Assembly: GCA_965204755.1 (NCBI GenBank)
Contig: OZ242011.1
Span: forward strand, 2,272,001 to 2,336,000
Direction: 5' to 3'
Length of the DNA stretch: 64,000 nt
From: Candidatus Marinacidobacterium sp.
GTDB lineage: Bacteria > Acidobacteriota > Vicinamibacteria > Marinacidobacterales > Marinacidobacteraceae
The notes under the pieces: generated by a model
Told to the model about the DNA's origin: nothing
The model's input: the letters and a program-made list of their open reading frames with translations, nothing else
The model's database searches: none
In this document: positions 40,047 through 49,124 of the stretch, piece after piece
How the letters are laid out: each line of letters begins with the position of its first letter
Numbering within the stretch: the stretch's first letter is position 1
Position numbers and translations under genes: made by a program

Positions 40047-40729
40047 GCGCGGTCGTCGGGGACCGGGAGGACCTGGTCGTCCTCGTCGCCGATACGGATG
40101 CGATGCGCGCCATCGAGGCGATACTGGCCCGGCCCACCGACCTCGGGATTCGACCGATTCGGTGCTCCGTGCGGCAGGAATCGGGTCACGATGCCGCGTG
40201 CCGGATCCGCGCCGCCGACAACCTTCGCGAAGTCCACCACCTCTTCCACCATGCGTTGGTCGTCTTCGACCACCACGGATGCAGCAGTTCGGCCCCCAGG
40301 GAGCGAGTCCAGGAAGAAGTGACGGCCCGCTTGCGGATCAACGGCTGGGGGGACCGAGCGAAGGCCATCGTCATCGAGCCGGAACTCGAGGCGTGGGCGT
40401 GGGGAGACACCGCAGGCTTGGCCGGCGCGCTCGGGTGGGATGAGCGGTTGCTCGTGGAGTCCTTGGCCAAACGGGGGCTCCGCGAACCGCCGGGGAGCAA
40501 GCCGGCGGACCCCAAGAAAGCGCTGGAGATCGCGGTGCGAGGGGCTCCGCATCGAAGAGGGAGAGGGCGAAAGAAACTGTCGCCGCGCCTGTATCAGGAG
40601 TTGGCGGCCGTCATCCCCATGACCGGCTGCCGGGACCCGGCGTTCGGGGAACTGCGGCGGACTTTGCGGACCTGGTTTCCGCCACGCGTCTCCGGGCTGG
40701 CCGGAAGCGATGCCCCTGTGTCTTCGTAA
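40043..40729 (+). CDS. MADS MAD4-like (TOPRIM/DUF4276-like) protein (copy 1)
   Basis: DLVVLVAD, RP.DLGIR, VVFDHHG, IEPELEAW.W and CRDPAF..LR..L..WFP motifs. TTGA overlap with the ATPase. Confidence 0.7.
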   Translation: MSAVVGDREDLVVLVADTDAMRAIEAILARPTDLGIRPIRCSVRQESGHDAACRIRAADNLREVHHLFHHALVVFDHHGCSSSAPRERVQEEVTARLRINGWGDRAKAIVIEPELEAWAWGDTAGLAGALGWDERLLVESLAKRGLREPPGSKPADPKKALEIAVRGAPHRRGRGRKKLSPRLYQELAAVIPMTGCRDPAFGELRRTLRTWFPPRVSGLAGSDAPVSS

Positions 40730-40784
40730 GTTCCAGGCGCTGCGACAGACTCCGGTGCCCTGTTGCATCTCACGGGACCCCCTC

Positions 40785-40806
40785 CGCCGTGAGATACTGG
40801 AATCCG
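40785..40806 (+). promoter_or_regulatory. Conserved 22-bp promoter-like element, also present at 52607-52628
   Basis: CGCCGTGAGATACTGGAATCCG versus CGCCGTGAGATACTGAAATCCG (21/22). It contains an extended -10-like TG-n-GATACT. Confidence 0.55.
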
Positions 40807-40849
40807 GCGAGCCGCGCCGTCCGTCGCGGTCGTTCCATAGACTCCCGCC

Positions 40850-42106
40850 ATGATCCGCCGCTTCCAGGCCCTCGGCTACCGCTGCCTCCGGTATGTGGAC
40901 CTCGAACTCGACCGGTTCCAAATCTTGGTCGGCGCGAACGCCAGCGGAAAGAGCACGATGTTCGACGCCGTGCAGTTTCTGGCCGACTTGGTCACCCGCG
41001 ACCTGCTGCGATCGGTGAACAAGCGAACGGACAACTTCCAGGACTTGGTCTGGAATCGGCCCGAGCGGGATCTGCGTTTCGAGTTGGCGCTGGAAGTCGA
41101 GATGCCGGACAGCGTGCGAAGCCTCTGTGCGAGCGACGAAGGCTACGACCGCCTGCGGTATGAACTGGCCGTGCGCGAGCACTCGCCGACCGATCTGCGC
41201 ATCGAGCAGGAACGGTGGTTCCCCGTGATTTCCTCCGCGCCTTCCATCGATCCGGATCGGGCTAGGTTTCCCGACGCTCCGGCGCCGCCCGGCACGATCC
41301 TGACGAAGTTCGGGCAGACTCCGGGCCTCTCTTCGCCCGGGGCTCTGCCCGGGGGAGGTGACCGAGGGACGCTCGGCGATTTTCTCTGGCTCGGTCGCGA
41401 AGAGAGCGAGTTGCACCATTGTTCGGTTCTCGGTCGGTCGGCGTCACTTCCGAACGACCAGCCTCTCCTGGCGTGGCTGAGAACGACACTCGGTCGGATC
41501 GAACTCGTCGCCCTCGACAGCAAAGTCCTTCGTCGTCCCGACCCGGCGGGCGGCGGGAATGGCGACTTGGGCGGGGACGGCGGCGGCCTGCCGTGGATCG
41601 TGGATCGTTTCCGCGCAAACGACCCGGGGGCGTACGAAGAATGGTTGGGCCACCTGCGTACGGCGATACCCGAGATCGAAGGCGTGGAAGTCGTCAAGCG
41701 TCCCGAAGATCGCCACGCCTATCTCAGGTTGCGTTACCGCTCCGGGCTCTCGGCGCCGTCGTGGTCACTGTCCGACGGCACGCTTCGACTGCTGGCGCTC
41801 ACCATCCCTTCCTATCTCCGGCAGAACAGACCTCTTTCCGTAATCGAGGAACCGGAGAACGGGATCCATCCGATGGCGCTCGACGCGCTGTACGCCTCGC
41901 TCTCGTCGGCCTACGGATCGCAGGTGTTCGCCGCCACGCACTCCCCGGTGCTCCTGAAGATGGCGCAGCCCGAAGAAGTCCTGTGCTTCGCCCAGGACGC
42001 GAGCGGGGCGACGGACATCGTTCGCGGTGACCGCCACCCGCTGTTGGCGGACTGGCGCGGCAGCGTGGACACGACGCTGCTGTTCGCCACCGGCGTGATC
42101 GGATGA
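40850..42106 (+). CDS. ABC/AAA_21-type ATPase, MAD3-like (copy 2)
   Basis: Same motifs as copy 1: GANASGKST, LSDGTLR, IEEPENGIHP and ATHSP. Confidence 0.75.
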   Translation: MIRRFQALGYRCLRYVDLELDRFQILVGANASGKSTMFDAVQFLADLVTRDLLRSVNKRTDNFQDLVWNRPERDLRFELALEVEMPDSVRSLCASDEGYDRLRYELAVREHSPTDLRIEQERWFPVISSAPSIDPDRARFPDAPAPPGTILTKFGQTPGLSSPGALPGGGDRGTLGDFLWLGREESELHHCSVLGRSASLPNDQPLLAWLRTTLGRIELVALDSKVLRRPDPAGGGNGDLGGDGGGLPWIVDRFRANDPGAYEEWLGHLRTAIPEIEGVEVVKRPEDRHAYLRLRYRSGLSAPSWSLSDGTLRLLALTIPSYLRQNRPLSVIEEPENGIHPMALDALYASLSSAYGSQVFAATHSPVLLKMAQPEEVLCFAQDASGATDIVRGDRHPLLADWRGSVDTTLLFATGVIG

Positions 42107-42789
42107 GAGAACCCGAACGCGAGGGCGACCTGGTCGTTCTCGTCGCCGACGCAGACACGCGGGAAACGGTCGATTCGATCCTGTCGCGCCCGCGGGACTT
42201 GGGAATCCGTTCCATCGCTTACCGGATCGAGCGCCACCCGAATCGGGATCCGGGATGTCGGTTGCAGTCGGTGGAGTTCCTCCGAAAATTCCTGAGGGGC
42301 TTCCGGCATACGCTCGTCGTCTTCGATTACGAAGGGTGCGGCAGCCGAGAGCCTCCGCGCCGTGTTCGGGACCTCGTCACGGATGACCTCGAAAGAAACG
42401 GATGGAAGGGCCGGGCGCACGCTACCGTGATCGCTCCGGAACTCGAAATCTGGGCGTGGGGCGACCCGACCGGCTTGGCCGGCGTCCTCGGGTGGGACGG
42501 CCCGTCGCTTCGCCGGTTCATGGCAAAGAGGCGTTTCGGTGTCCCCGGCGGGGCCAAACCACACTCGCCCAAGACGGCGTTCCGGCAGATGGTGCTCGGC
42601 GCGCCGGCCGCTTCTCGCAAGTCGCCGTCCTCGAGGCTCTTCGGACAACTCGCCGCGGTGGCCCGGCTGGACGGTTGCCGGGACCCGGCGTTTCGCGACC
42701 TGCGGCGCGCGCTCGGCGCTTGGTTTCCGCTCGAGCCGTCCGGCGCTCCGCGCGGCCGAGGACCCGGCGGCGCCGCGGTAAGGCGCTGA
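42103..42789 (+). CDS. MAD4-like protein (copy 2)
   Basis: DLVVLVAD, RHPNRDPGC, VFDYEG, PELEIW.W and CRDPAF motifs. Confidence 0.7.
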   Translation: MREPEREGDLVVLVADADTRETVDSILSRPRDLGIRSIAYRIERHPNRDPGCRLQSVEFLRKFLRGFRHTLVVFDYEGCGSREPPRRVRDLVTDDLERNGWKGRAHATVIAPELEIWAWGDPTGLAGVLGWDGPSLRRFMAKRRFGVPGGAKPHSPKTAFRQMVLGAPAASRKSPSSRLFGQLAAVARLDGCRDPAFRDLRRALGAWFPLEPSGAPRGRGPGGAAVRR

Positions 42790-42853
42790 CCGGGCGACGG
42801 CGTTTCGCGCCGCCGCGTTCGTCGACGATTCGGCGCGGCGGCGACGGGACGCG

Positions 42854-43597
42854 CTACTTCCTGGCGGCGCAGGAATCGGCGTGGGCGGCGAAGTCGAGTG
42901 GGGCGGGTGGAGTGAAGGTGACGGCGTACGCCCCTTTCGGAGCGGGGTGTACATGGCTGTGGCCCGTCGCGTGGGCGAACCACCCGTTGTCTTCGCCGAT
43001 CCACAACTCGTTCCCCCGGATGCGGATTTTCCCGTTCCAGCGGTCGCCGAGCGGGACTTCGTCCAACTTCCGCAGGACGATCCGTTCGCGGACGGCGGGG
43101 CTGGTCGCGCCTCGCCGCGCGGCAGGCGCCGGCTGCATCTCCTCGGCGAACTCGATGACGGCCAACAACAGGTTGCGGAAGGATCCCGAACCGCCTCCGC
43201 TTTCCGAGATGAAGAACACCTGGACGCCGGAGTCGGTTCGCCCCACATACTGGTAGCCGAAGTAGGAAGCGGGGCCGTAGCCGCTCACCATCGGTTCCAC
43301 CCTCAGGAAGGGACACTCTCCTTCCACCGGAACGATCTCCACTTCGTCGTCGTAACGGTCGTCGCCTTCGACCTCCGTGAGCGAAACCACGGTCGGACTG
43401 CTGCTCGCGTTGAACGGTGTGGAAATCTCCTGGACGATCCGCGGATGCACGAACGGAGCGCGGGCGAAGGAACGCGCGGCGGCGATCGTCCGCACCGGGA
43501 TGGCGGCCGGCTGTTCGGCCGGAGCGAAAACGGCGGCCGCCGTCGGCGAGAGCCCCGCCGCGCCGAACAGGGCGGCGACGAAGAGGGTGTTCCTCAT
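42854..43597 (-). CDS. Secreted hypothetical protein
   Basis: Signal peptide, FVHPRIV and GGGSGSF motifs. ATGA-coupled to the upstream gene, with a good RBS. Confidence 0.65.
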   Translation of the reverse strand: MRNTLFVAALFGAAGLSPTAAAVFAPAEQPAAIPVRTIAAARSFARAPFVHPRIVQEISTPFNASSSPTVVSLTEVEGDDRYDDEVEIVPVEGECPFLRVEPMVSGYGPASYFGYQYVGRTDSGVQVFFISESGGGSGSFRNLLLAVIEFAEEMQPAPAARRGATSPAVRERIVLRKLDEVPLGDRWNGKIRIRGNELWIGEDNGWFAHATGHSHVHPAPKGAYAVTFTPPAPLDFAAHADSCAARK

Positions 43598-44847
43598 GGG
43601 TGTTTCTCCTTTCCGGTCTCCCGCCGGCGTTGCGGCCCGGGGAGGTCGTCGGTCCGGGGCGGCCCCGGGCGGTCGTCGCAGCGGTCCGGGTCGGCGCCGC
43701 AGCGGAGAGCGGCCTCCGCCTCATCCACGGCGACGGTCAGATCCGAAGTCGCCAGACGCGCCTTTTTCCAGGTATCCAGCGCGCGGCGGTGGCGCCGGTA
43801 GAGCGCGGCGGACTCGTCGTCGGTGACGACCGGAATCTCGAGGGCGAACGCTGCGAACTTCGACATCATGGACGCTTGGAAGTACTCGGCCGAGAGGGAT
43901 GGTCGGACGGACTCCATCGGCACGGCGCACTCGGCGTCCGTGAGTCGGACACCACCGATCAGGGTCGGCCAGAAGTCCACATCGAACAGTCGGATGACCG
44001 CGCTGAAACCCATTACGCGGTCCCATACGCTCCTCACGGCGGCGTCGGCGCGAGCGAGTCGGTCCGCCCAAGCGACCTGAGTCTCCTCGACCCGCAGCCA
44101 CGCGTTGCGAGTGGCCGCCTGCATTGCTTCGAGGTCGGCGCGCAGTCGGTCGAGACTCAGGCCCTCGACCTCCCACGGCGCTTGCGGCGCGCCATCGTCA
44201 GGGGCCGCACGGGCGAAAGCGCGGGCAGCGGCGTACTGCCATAGAAGTTCCCGTCGTTCGCTCTCCGCGGCGGCCCGAAGGGCGGCGGTTCGATTTCGCC
44301 GGTACTGGACGAAATTCAGGTCGGCGGTGACTTCCAAGGCGCTTTCCATTGCGGGGATATCCAGTTCTACGGGACTCCGCTGCCACGGAGAGTGCGAGAC
44401 ATCGAGGAAACCCAGATAGGCGCTGACCCAACTTCGGTAATCGAACGGCAGTTCGGACGACATTTCATTGGCCAACTCCATGAACCGCCAAGCGCCGCGT
44501 TCGCACTGCTCGGCTGCCACCCGGCGAAGGCGGGCTTCCATGGACGCGACCCAAGCCTCGTGCGCCTCCGGGTATCGCTCGATGATCACTTCCACCGTCT
44601 CGTTCTCGCCTACCGACAGGGGCTCCCACACGACTCCCATCGCGAAGTCGGCGTACCCGTCGGGGTCTTCGGCGCGCATCAGGTCCGTATCCGGGGCATC
44701 GAGGTCGGCTGCGGGCGCGCCGTCGCCTTCGCGGCTCGGCGCGGGGCGGTGACCGGCGCCCTCGTCGTCCGGCCGGGTTTCGTCGGCGGGTTGGCCGAGG
44801 GTCGCCGCGGCGAGGACGACGGAGAGGAGGAGCGAAAGGGCAGTCAT
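43594..44847 (-). CDS. Secreted hypothetical helical protein
   Basis: Signal peptide MTALSLLLSVVLAAATLG and protein-like composition. Confidence 0.65.
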   Translation of the reverse strand: MTALSLLLSVVLAAATLGQPADETRPDDEGAGHRPAPSREGDGAPAADLDAPDTDLMRAEDPDGYADFAMGVVWEPLSVGENETVEVIIERYPEAHEAWVASMEARLRRVAAEQCERGAWRFMELANEMSSELPFDYRSWVSAYLGFLDVSHSPWQRSPVELDIPAMESALEVTADLNFVQYRRNRTAALRAAAESERRELLWQYAAARAFARAAPDDGAPQAPWEVEGLSLDRLRADLEAMQAATRNAWLRVEETQVAWADRLARADAAVRSVWDRVMGFSAVIRLFDVDFWPTLIGGVRLTDAECAVPMESVRPSLSAEYFQASMMSKFAAFALEIPVVTDDESAALYRRHRRALDTWKKARLATSDLTVAVDEAEAALRCGADPDRCDDRPGPPRTDDLPGPQRRRETGKEKHP

Positions 44848-44886
44848 GCGGGAGGTCCGTTCAGGGCGCGAAGCGCGGGGGCGCGG

Positions 44887-45717
44887 TCAGGGGAGGAGCG
44901 GAGAGCGGCGGCGGAGGCGGATTTCGATGGTGCGGCGGGCCGGGTTGTCGCCCGGGTCGCTGCCGTCCGCGAGGCCCCCGTCGCCGGGGAGGAGGGTTTG
45001 CCCGGCGGAGAGCGCGAGCACCAGGTAACCGCGCTCTTCGAGGAGCGGGGCGAGTCGGCGGGCGACCGCGGCGGCGCGCGCGAAGGCGAGCCCCACATTG
45101 TCGGCCGGCCGCAGCGGCCGGTAGTCGCCGGTGAGGTACTCGCCGAGCGCCTCGTCGAGATTGCTTCGGCCGCCGATGGGCCGCTCGTCGGTGTGGCCGA
45201 TGACCTCGACCACATCGGCGGCGTATTCCTCCGCGTACCTCTCGATGAGCGGAACGACTTCGGCGCGGAGGCGTTGCGCGAACTCCGAAGAGATCCGGTT
45301 CGTCGCCGAGGGGAAGACATACCCGTCCGCTTCCCGCAGCCGGATGATCGGCGGCCACCGGTGTCCGGCGGCATTCCCCGGCTCGGCCGAGACCGCTTCG
45401 TTCGCGCGGCGGGACGCCGAAACCGGCGCCCCGTCGGGATTCCCCCGTCCGTCGGCGGAGTGGCTCGACGCCGTTTCGACCGGCGCCGGCGACCCGGCGT
45501 CGGGCGGGGCCCCGACCGCGGCGTCCGCGGCGTCCGCGCCCGCCGCGGTCGTTTCCGCGAACCGCAGTCCCGGTTCGGTGTCCGCGGCGGTCCAACTGAA
45601 CGCGAGCAGCAGCAACACCAGGATGAAGGTGATCACCAGCATGATCTCGAGGGCGCTCGTCCCGAAGATCCGCGCCCGCCGGACCTCGCGGTCGAACGCC
45701 AGCGTCGAAGGCTTCAT
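44887..45717 (-). CDS. MotB/OmpA-family protein (ZorB-like architecture)
   Basis: One N-terminal TM with Glu (SALEIMLVITFILVLLLL), a linker, then OmpA-like FPSA..., EVIGHTD, N..L...RA..V and RRTIEIRL. Confidence 0.8.
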   Translation of the reverse strand: MKPSTLAFDREVRRARIFGTSALEIMLVITFILVLLLLAFSWTAADTEPGLRFAETTAAGADAADAAVGAPPDAGSPAPVETASSHSADGRGNPDGAPVSASRRANEAVSAEPGNAAGHRWPPIIRLREADGYVFPSATNRISSEFAQRLRAEVVPLIERYAEEYAADVVEVIGHTDERPIGGRSNLDEALGEYLTGDYRPLRPADNVGLAFARAAAVARRLAPLLEERGYLVLALSAGQTLLPGDGGLADGSDPGDNPARRTIEIRLRRRSPLLP

Positions 45718-46805
45718 TCCGACTTCCGCGAGGCCTCCCGATCCCCCCGCGGGCGTCCGGTTCCGTTCGGTATCGGGGCCACCCACTCGAAGAACCGTCC
45801 GAACACGCCTCCCGACCGCCGGTCGCGCGCGATCGTCTCGTTCAACCGATCCACCGCCTGCGTGAGCCCGCGGATCGCCGGGCCGGCGTCCACCCGGACC
45901 CGGGGTTCGAGGTCCGTCAACCGGTCGAGCGCGGCGTGGAGTTTCTCGACCGTCTCGAGGGATCGCCGTTCCCGGAGATCCGCCTGCCGCGCCGTTTCCG
46001 ACAGGGTCGCGCCGAACGCCCGCACTTCGGAACCGAGCGCGCCGGCCGCCTGACCGGTCGAGCGCCGGACCTCGGTCAACCACTCGACGAGCGCCTCCGC
46101 GCCCTCGTTCAACCCGTCGGCGGCCTCGCGGACCTGCCGGGAGGCGAGTTCGGCGGCGCGGGAGATGCCGGCCGCCGCCTCTTCCAGACCCTTGCCGGAA
46201 GTCTGCGCCGAACGCGTGAACGCTTCGAGCCCTTCCGGCAACTCGGCGGCCCGCTGGCGCATGATCGCCAGCAACTGTTCGAGTTGCCCGGTCGCCGCGT
46301 CCGCCTGCCGGTTCAACTCGAGCGCCGCGTCCTGCAGCCGCCGCCGCATCTCCCGCTCGTACGCGTCCGCGTCGCCGCCCCGCTGCGTCAACAGCACCCG
46401 CATCGTCACCCCGAAGAGCGTGGTTACGAGGGCGACGCCGAACGCCGGCAGGAACGAAACGATCGCTTCGCGCGCCGCGTTCTCGCCGGGCCTCAGGTGG
46501 AAGCCGAGGACGACCAGCCCGGAGATGAGCGAGGCGATCGTGAACAGGAAGCCGAGGTAATGGATGTTGTCCCCGGCCTCGTGCCGATCCATGCCCAGGC
46601 GGTCGAGGCAATACCGGCGGTAGCCGATCATCACCGCGACCATCGCCGCGCTCGGCGCGGCCAGCGAGAACAGCGGCCGGCCCGGGCCGAGGAAACCGAA
46701 CACCACGGTCAGCAGCAGCGCGCCGAGCACCGCGAGGACGAAGAAACGGTCGTGCGCCGCCTCCCCGGCCCGCGCCGCCCGGGCGTTACCGGTCGGCGCC
46801 GACAT
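45714..46805 (-). CDS. MotA/TolQ/ExbB-like membrane protein with C-terminal coiled-coil tail (ZorA-like architecture)
   Basis: Four TM segments including GDNIHYLGFLFT and FGVALVTTLFG, then an ~200-aa Ala/Glu/Arg-rich helical tail. ATGA-coupled to the OmpA gene. Confidence 0.72.
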   Translation of the reverse strand: MSAPTGNARAARAGEAAHDRFFVLAVLGALLLTVVFGFLGPGRPLFSLAAPSAAMVAVMIGYRRYCLDRLGMDRHEAGDNIHYLGFLFTIASLISGLVVLGFHLRPGENAAREAIVSFLPAFGVALVTTLFGVTMRVLLTQRGGDADAYEREMRRRLQDAALELNRQADAATGQLEQLLAIMRQRAAELPEGLEAFTRSAQTSGKGLEEAAAGISRAAELASRQVREAADGLNEGAEALVEWLTEVRRSTGQAAGALGSEVRAFGATLSETARQADLRERRSLETVEKLHAALDRLTDLEPRVRVDAGPAIRGLTQAVDRLNETIARDRRSGGVFGRFFEWVAPIPNGTGRPRGDREASRKSE

Positions 46806-47673
46806 GGCGGACCTCCGTGACCGTGGCGTCCCGTTCGCCGAAGTAGCGGTTCCACCAGGCGAGGTGTTCCGCGCCCTGGATGTCCGGGATGCTCAGGTAC
46901 TGCATGCGGGCGTAGATCAGGCTCACTTCGGCGCCGCCGAAGCCGGCCGCGCCCGGACTGGGCGGGGGCGGGGCCTCCGCCCGTTCGGCGCCGGGATGGA
47001 TGCCGAACCACGAAGTCAGCCCGAAGTTCTGCGGCGCGACGAAGTCCGAGACCACCGTCAGCGACCGGGCGGCATGCGCATACCGAGGGTCGTCGAAGAC
47101 CATCCGCGCCACTCCGTCCAGCGAATGGAGGAGGCTGTGGGAACGGTCGGGTGACCAACCCGATCGCTCTTCGAGGAGCGCGCGCAGCGGCTCGGAGAAC
47201 GCCTCCCGGTAGCGCTGCCGGGCGAGTCTCGGGTTCGCGTAGAGCGCGCTCGCCGTCGAACCGTCGCCCGGATTGCATTTCTCGATGAGCGGTTCGAGCT
47301 CCTCGCGCGCGTCGTAGGCGACTTCGTGGACCACGACCTTCGCGTAGAGCGGCAGGGCCTCCAGTTCCTCCACCAGCAGCCGCCGGACCTGGCGCGCCGT
47401 GTTCGGATCCATCGGCGCGAACTCGCCGGTCCCGGCCCACACCCGGCGGTTTCGTTCGAGGAGCACCGCGTGCACCCGGGGTATGAGCGCCGGATCGGCC
47501 GGGCAGAGCGTCGCCTCGTCCAGGTCCGCCGCGGCGGGCGCATTCCACCGAAGCGCCCCCAAGCCGACGAGGAACACCGCCAGCAAACCGCCGAGCAGCC
47601 AGGCCGCGCGGTCGCCGCCGTTCCGGCGGGAACGGCGCCGCATCGGCCGCCGCTTTCCGTACCTACGGGCCAT
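46786..47673 (-). CDS. Membrane-anchored protein, probable degenerate vWA-like fold
   Basis: Basic N-terminus plus one TM helix, then LCP, CNPGDG and LTVVSDF motifs. Confidence 0.55.
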   Translation of the reverse strand: MARRYGKRRPMRRRSRRNGGDRAAWLLGGLLAVFLVGLGALRWNAPAAADLDEATLCPADPALIPRVHAVLLERNRRVWAGTGEFAPMDPNTARQVRRLLVEELEALPLYAKVVVHEVAYDAREELEPLIEKCNPGDGSTASALYANPRLARQRYREAFSEPLRALLEERSGWSPDRSHSLLHSLDGVARMVFDDPRYAHAARSLTVVSDFVAPQNFGLTSWFGIHPGAERAEAPPPPSPGAAGFGGAEVSLIYARMQYLSIPDIQGAEHLAWWNRYFGERDATVTEVRHVGADR

Positions 47674-47676
47674 CGC

Positions 47677-49062
47677 TCAACTCCTCTGGCCGGACTCGAA
47701 CGAGTCGCCGGCCTGCCGCACCGCCTCGGAGAGCGCGCCCCGCGCCCGTTCGGCCGCGGTCTGCACTTCGGCCGGCGGCGCCGCCTCCGTTTCCGGCAGC
47801 GGCGCCGGCGCGGGGAGCGGCTCCAGGCGCACCGGATCGAGTTCGGGGCAGCAGGTCAGCCGCGACCGCTCGATCTTCCGTTCCAGGATGCTCCGCTCGC
47901 GTTCGAGTTCGTCGGCGAGCGCGGCGAAACCGCCTCGCGCCTGCTCGTCCCCGGCGAGCCCCGCGCGGTGGTTCTCGACCGCCGACCGGATGTCCCGAGC
48001 GCCGTCCTCCCGCGCCTCGTCCAGGGCCTCCATCGCTTCGACGCGCGCGTCGTCGAACGCCTCCCGGGTTTCGAGGAACTTCCGCGTCCTCCGGCTGTAT
48101 CCCGGATACGGATCCTCCATCGAGTACCCCTTCCAGAACGCGATGCCGGCGAACAGCATCCCGATCACCGCGAAGACCCACGACCGGAAGTCCGCGATAC
48201 CCAGGTAGTCCGCGGTGAAGGTGTCCCAGGCCAGCGACCCGGCCGCGGCCGCGTTCGAGTAGTCGGCGGCGCCCATCGCCTGGCGGAAGTGCCCGACGAA
48301 CAGGTTGAAGAAGAAGAGCCCCAGGCCGCAGCCGATGACGGCCAGCGCTCCGAAACCCTTCGCGAGCGGCGAACGATGGTTGGCGTAGCGGGCGAGGTTG
48401 CCGCCGAAGAAGGCCCCGCCGATGTTGACCACCGCGATCGTCGCGGCGACGCCCCAGGCTTCGATGAGGCCGCCCGCCGCGCCGCCCGCCAGCAGGGCGG
48501 CGTTCCCGACCGTCTCCAGCGCCGCGGCGCAGGCGGCGACCAGGCAGTGCCGGACGCGGTGCTCCGGGTACTGCGCTTCGCGCTCGATACCCTCGGTCTT
48601 GCGGAAGTCCTCGAGGTCGTCCTCGCGCCGCCGCGCTTCGTCGCGGGCGCGGCCGATCTCGCCGCGGCGCTCCTCCGCCTCGGCGCTGACGGCGGCCAGC
48701 GCCCGATCCCGCGCTTCCGCGATGTCCGCGACCGCGTCGCGCCGGTAGAGCCGCGCCCCGTACGCCGCGCGGTGCTCCTCGAAGCAGGAGCGCAGCCGGT
48801 GGTCGTGGACGGCCGCCTCTTCGGCGAGGACCGCCCGCGCGACCGCCGGTTCCGCGCCGTCCGGCGACCGCCGCAGCCGCTCCAACCTCTTCTCGAGTGA
48901 GCGTTCGTCGAACGCCGGCCACCGCCCGCCTTCCGCCGCGGCGGAAGCGACCGCCCCCGGCAAGGCGTCGGCTCGCGCCGGCAGCCCGGAGACGAGCCCG
49001 CGAAGGCCCTCGACGGCGCGGCTCCGCGGCGCGGGCCGCGCTTCGGTCAGCGCAGTGGACAT
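47677..49062 (-). CDS. Multi-TM protein flanked by coiled coils
   Basis: Helical N-terminus, about 4 TM segments, DPYPGY and a coiled-coil C-terminus. AAGGAG RBS. Confidence 0.7.
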   Translation of the reverse strand: MSTALTEARPAPRSRAVEGLRGLVSGLPARADALPGAVASAAAEGGRWPAFDERSLEKRLERLRRSPDGAEPAVARAVLAEEAAVHDHRLRSCFEEHRAAYGARLYRRDAVADIAEARDRALAAVSAEAEERRGEIGRARDEARRREDDLEDFRKTEGIEREAQYPEHRVRHCLVAACAAALETVGNAALLAGGAAGGLIEAWGVAATIAVVNIGGAFFGGNLARYANHRSPLAKGFGALAVIGCGLGLFFFNLFVGHFRQAMGAADYSNAAAAGSLAWDTFTADYLGIADFRSWVFAVIGMLFAGIAFWKGYSMEDPYPGYSRRTRKFLETREAFDDARVEAMEALDEAREDGARDIRSAVENHRAGLAGDEQARGGFAALADELERERSILERKIERSRLTCCPELDPVRLEPLPAPAPLPETEAAPPAEVQTAAERARGALSEAVRQAGDSFESGQRS

Positions 49063-49124
49063 GGGTATCCGTCTCCTTCAGGCTCGGAACGAGCCGCTCA
49101 CGGTGGTTCCCGGCCCCGGCATTC

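Noticed and set aside
44887-46805. Flagellar motAB or canonical Zorya I/II
   Set aside because: No flagellar genes and no ZorC/D/E-like partner are adjacent, and the TM motifs are atypical.
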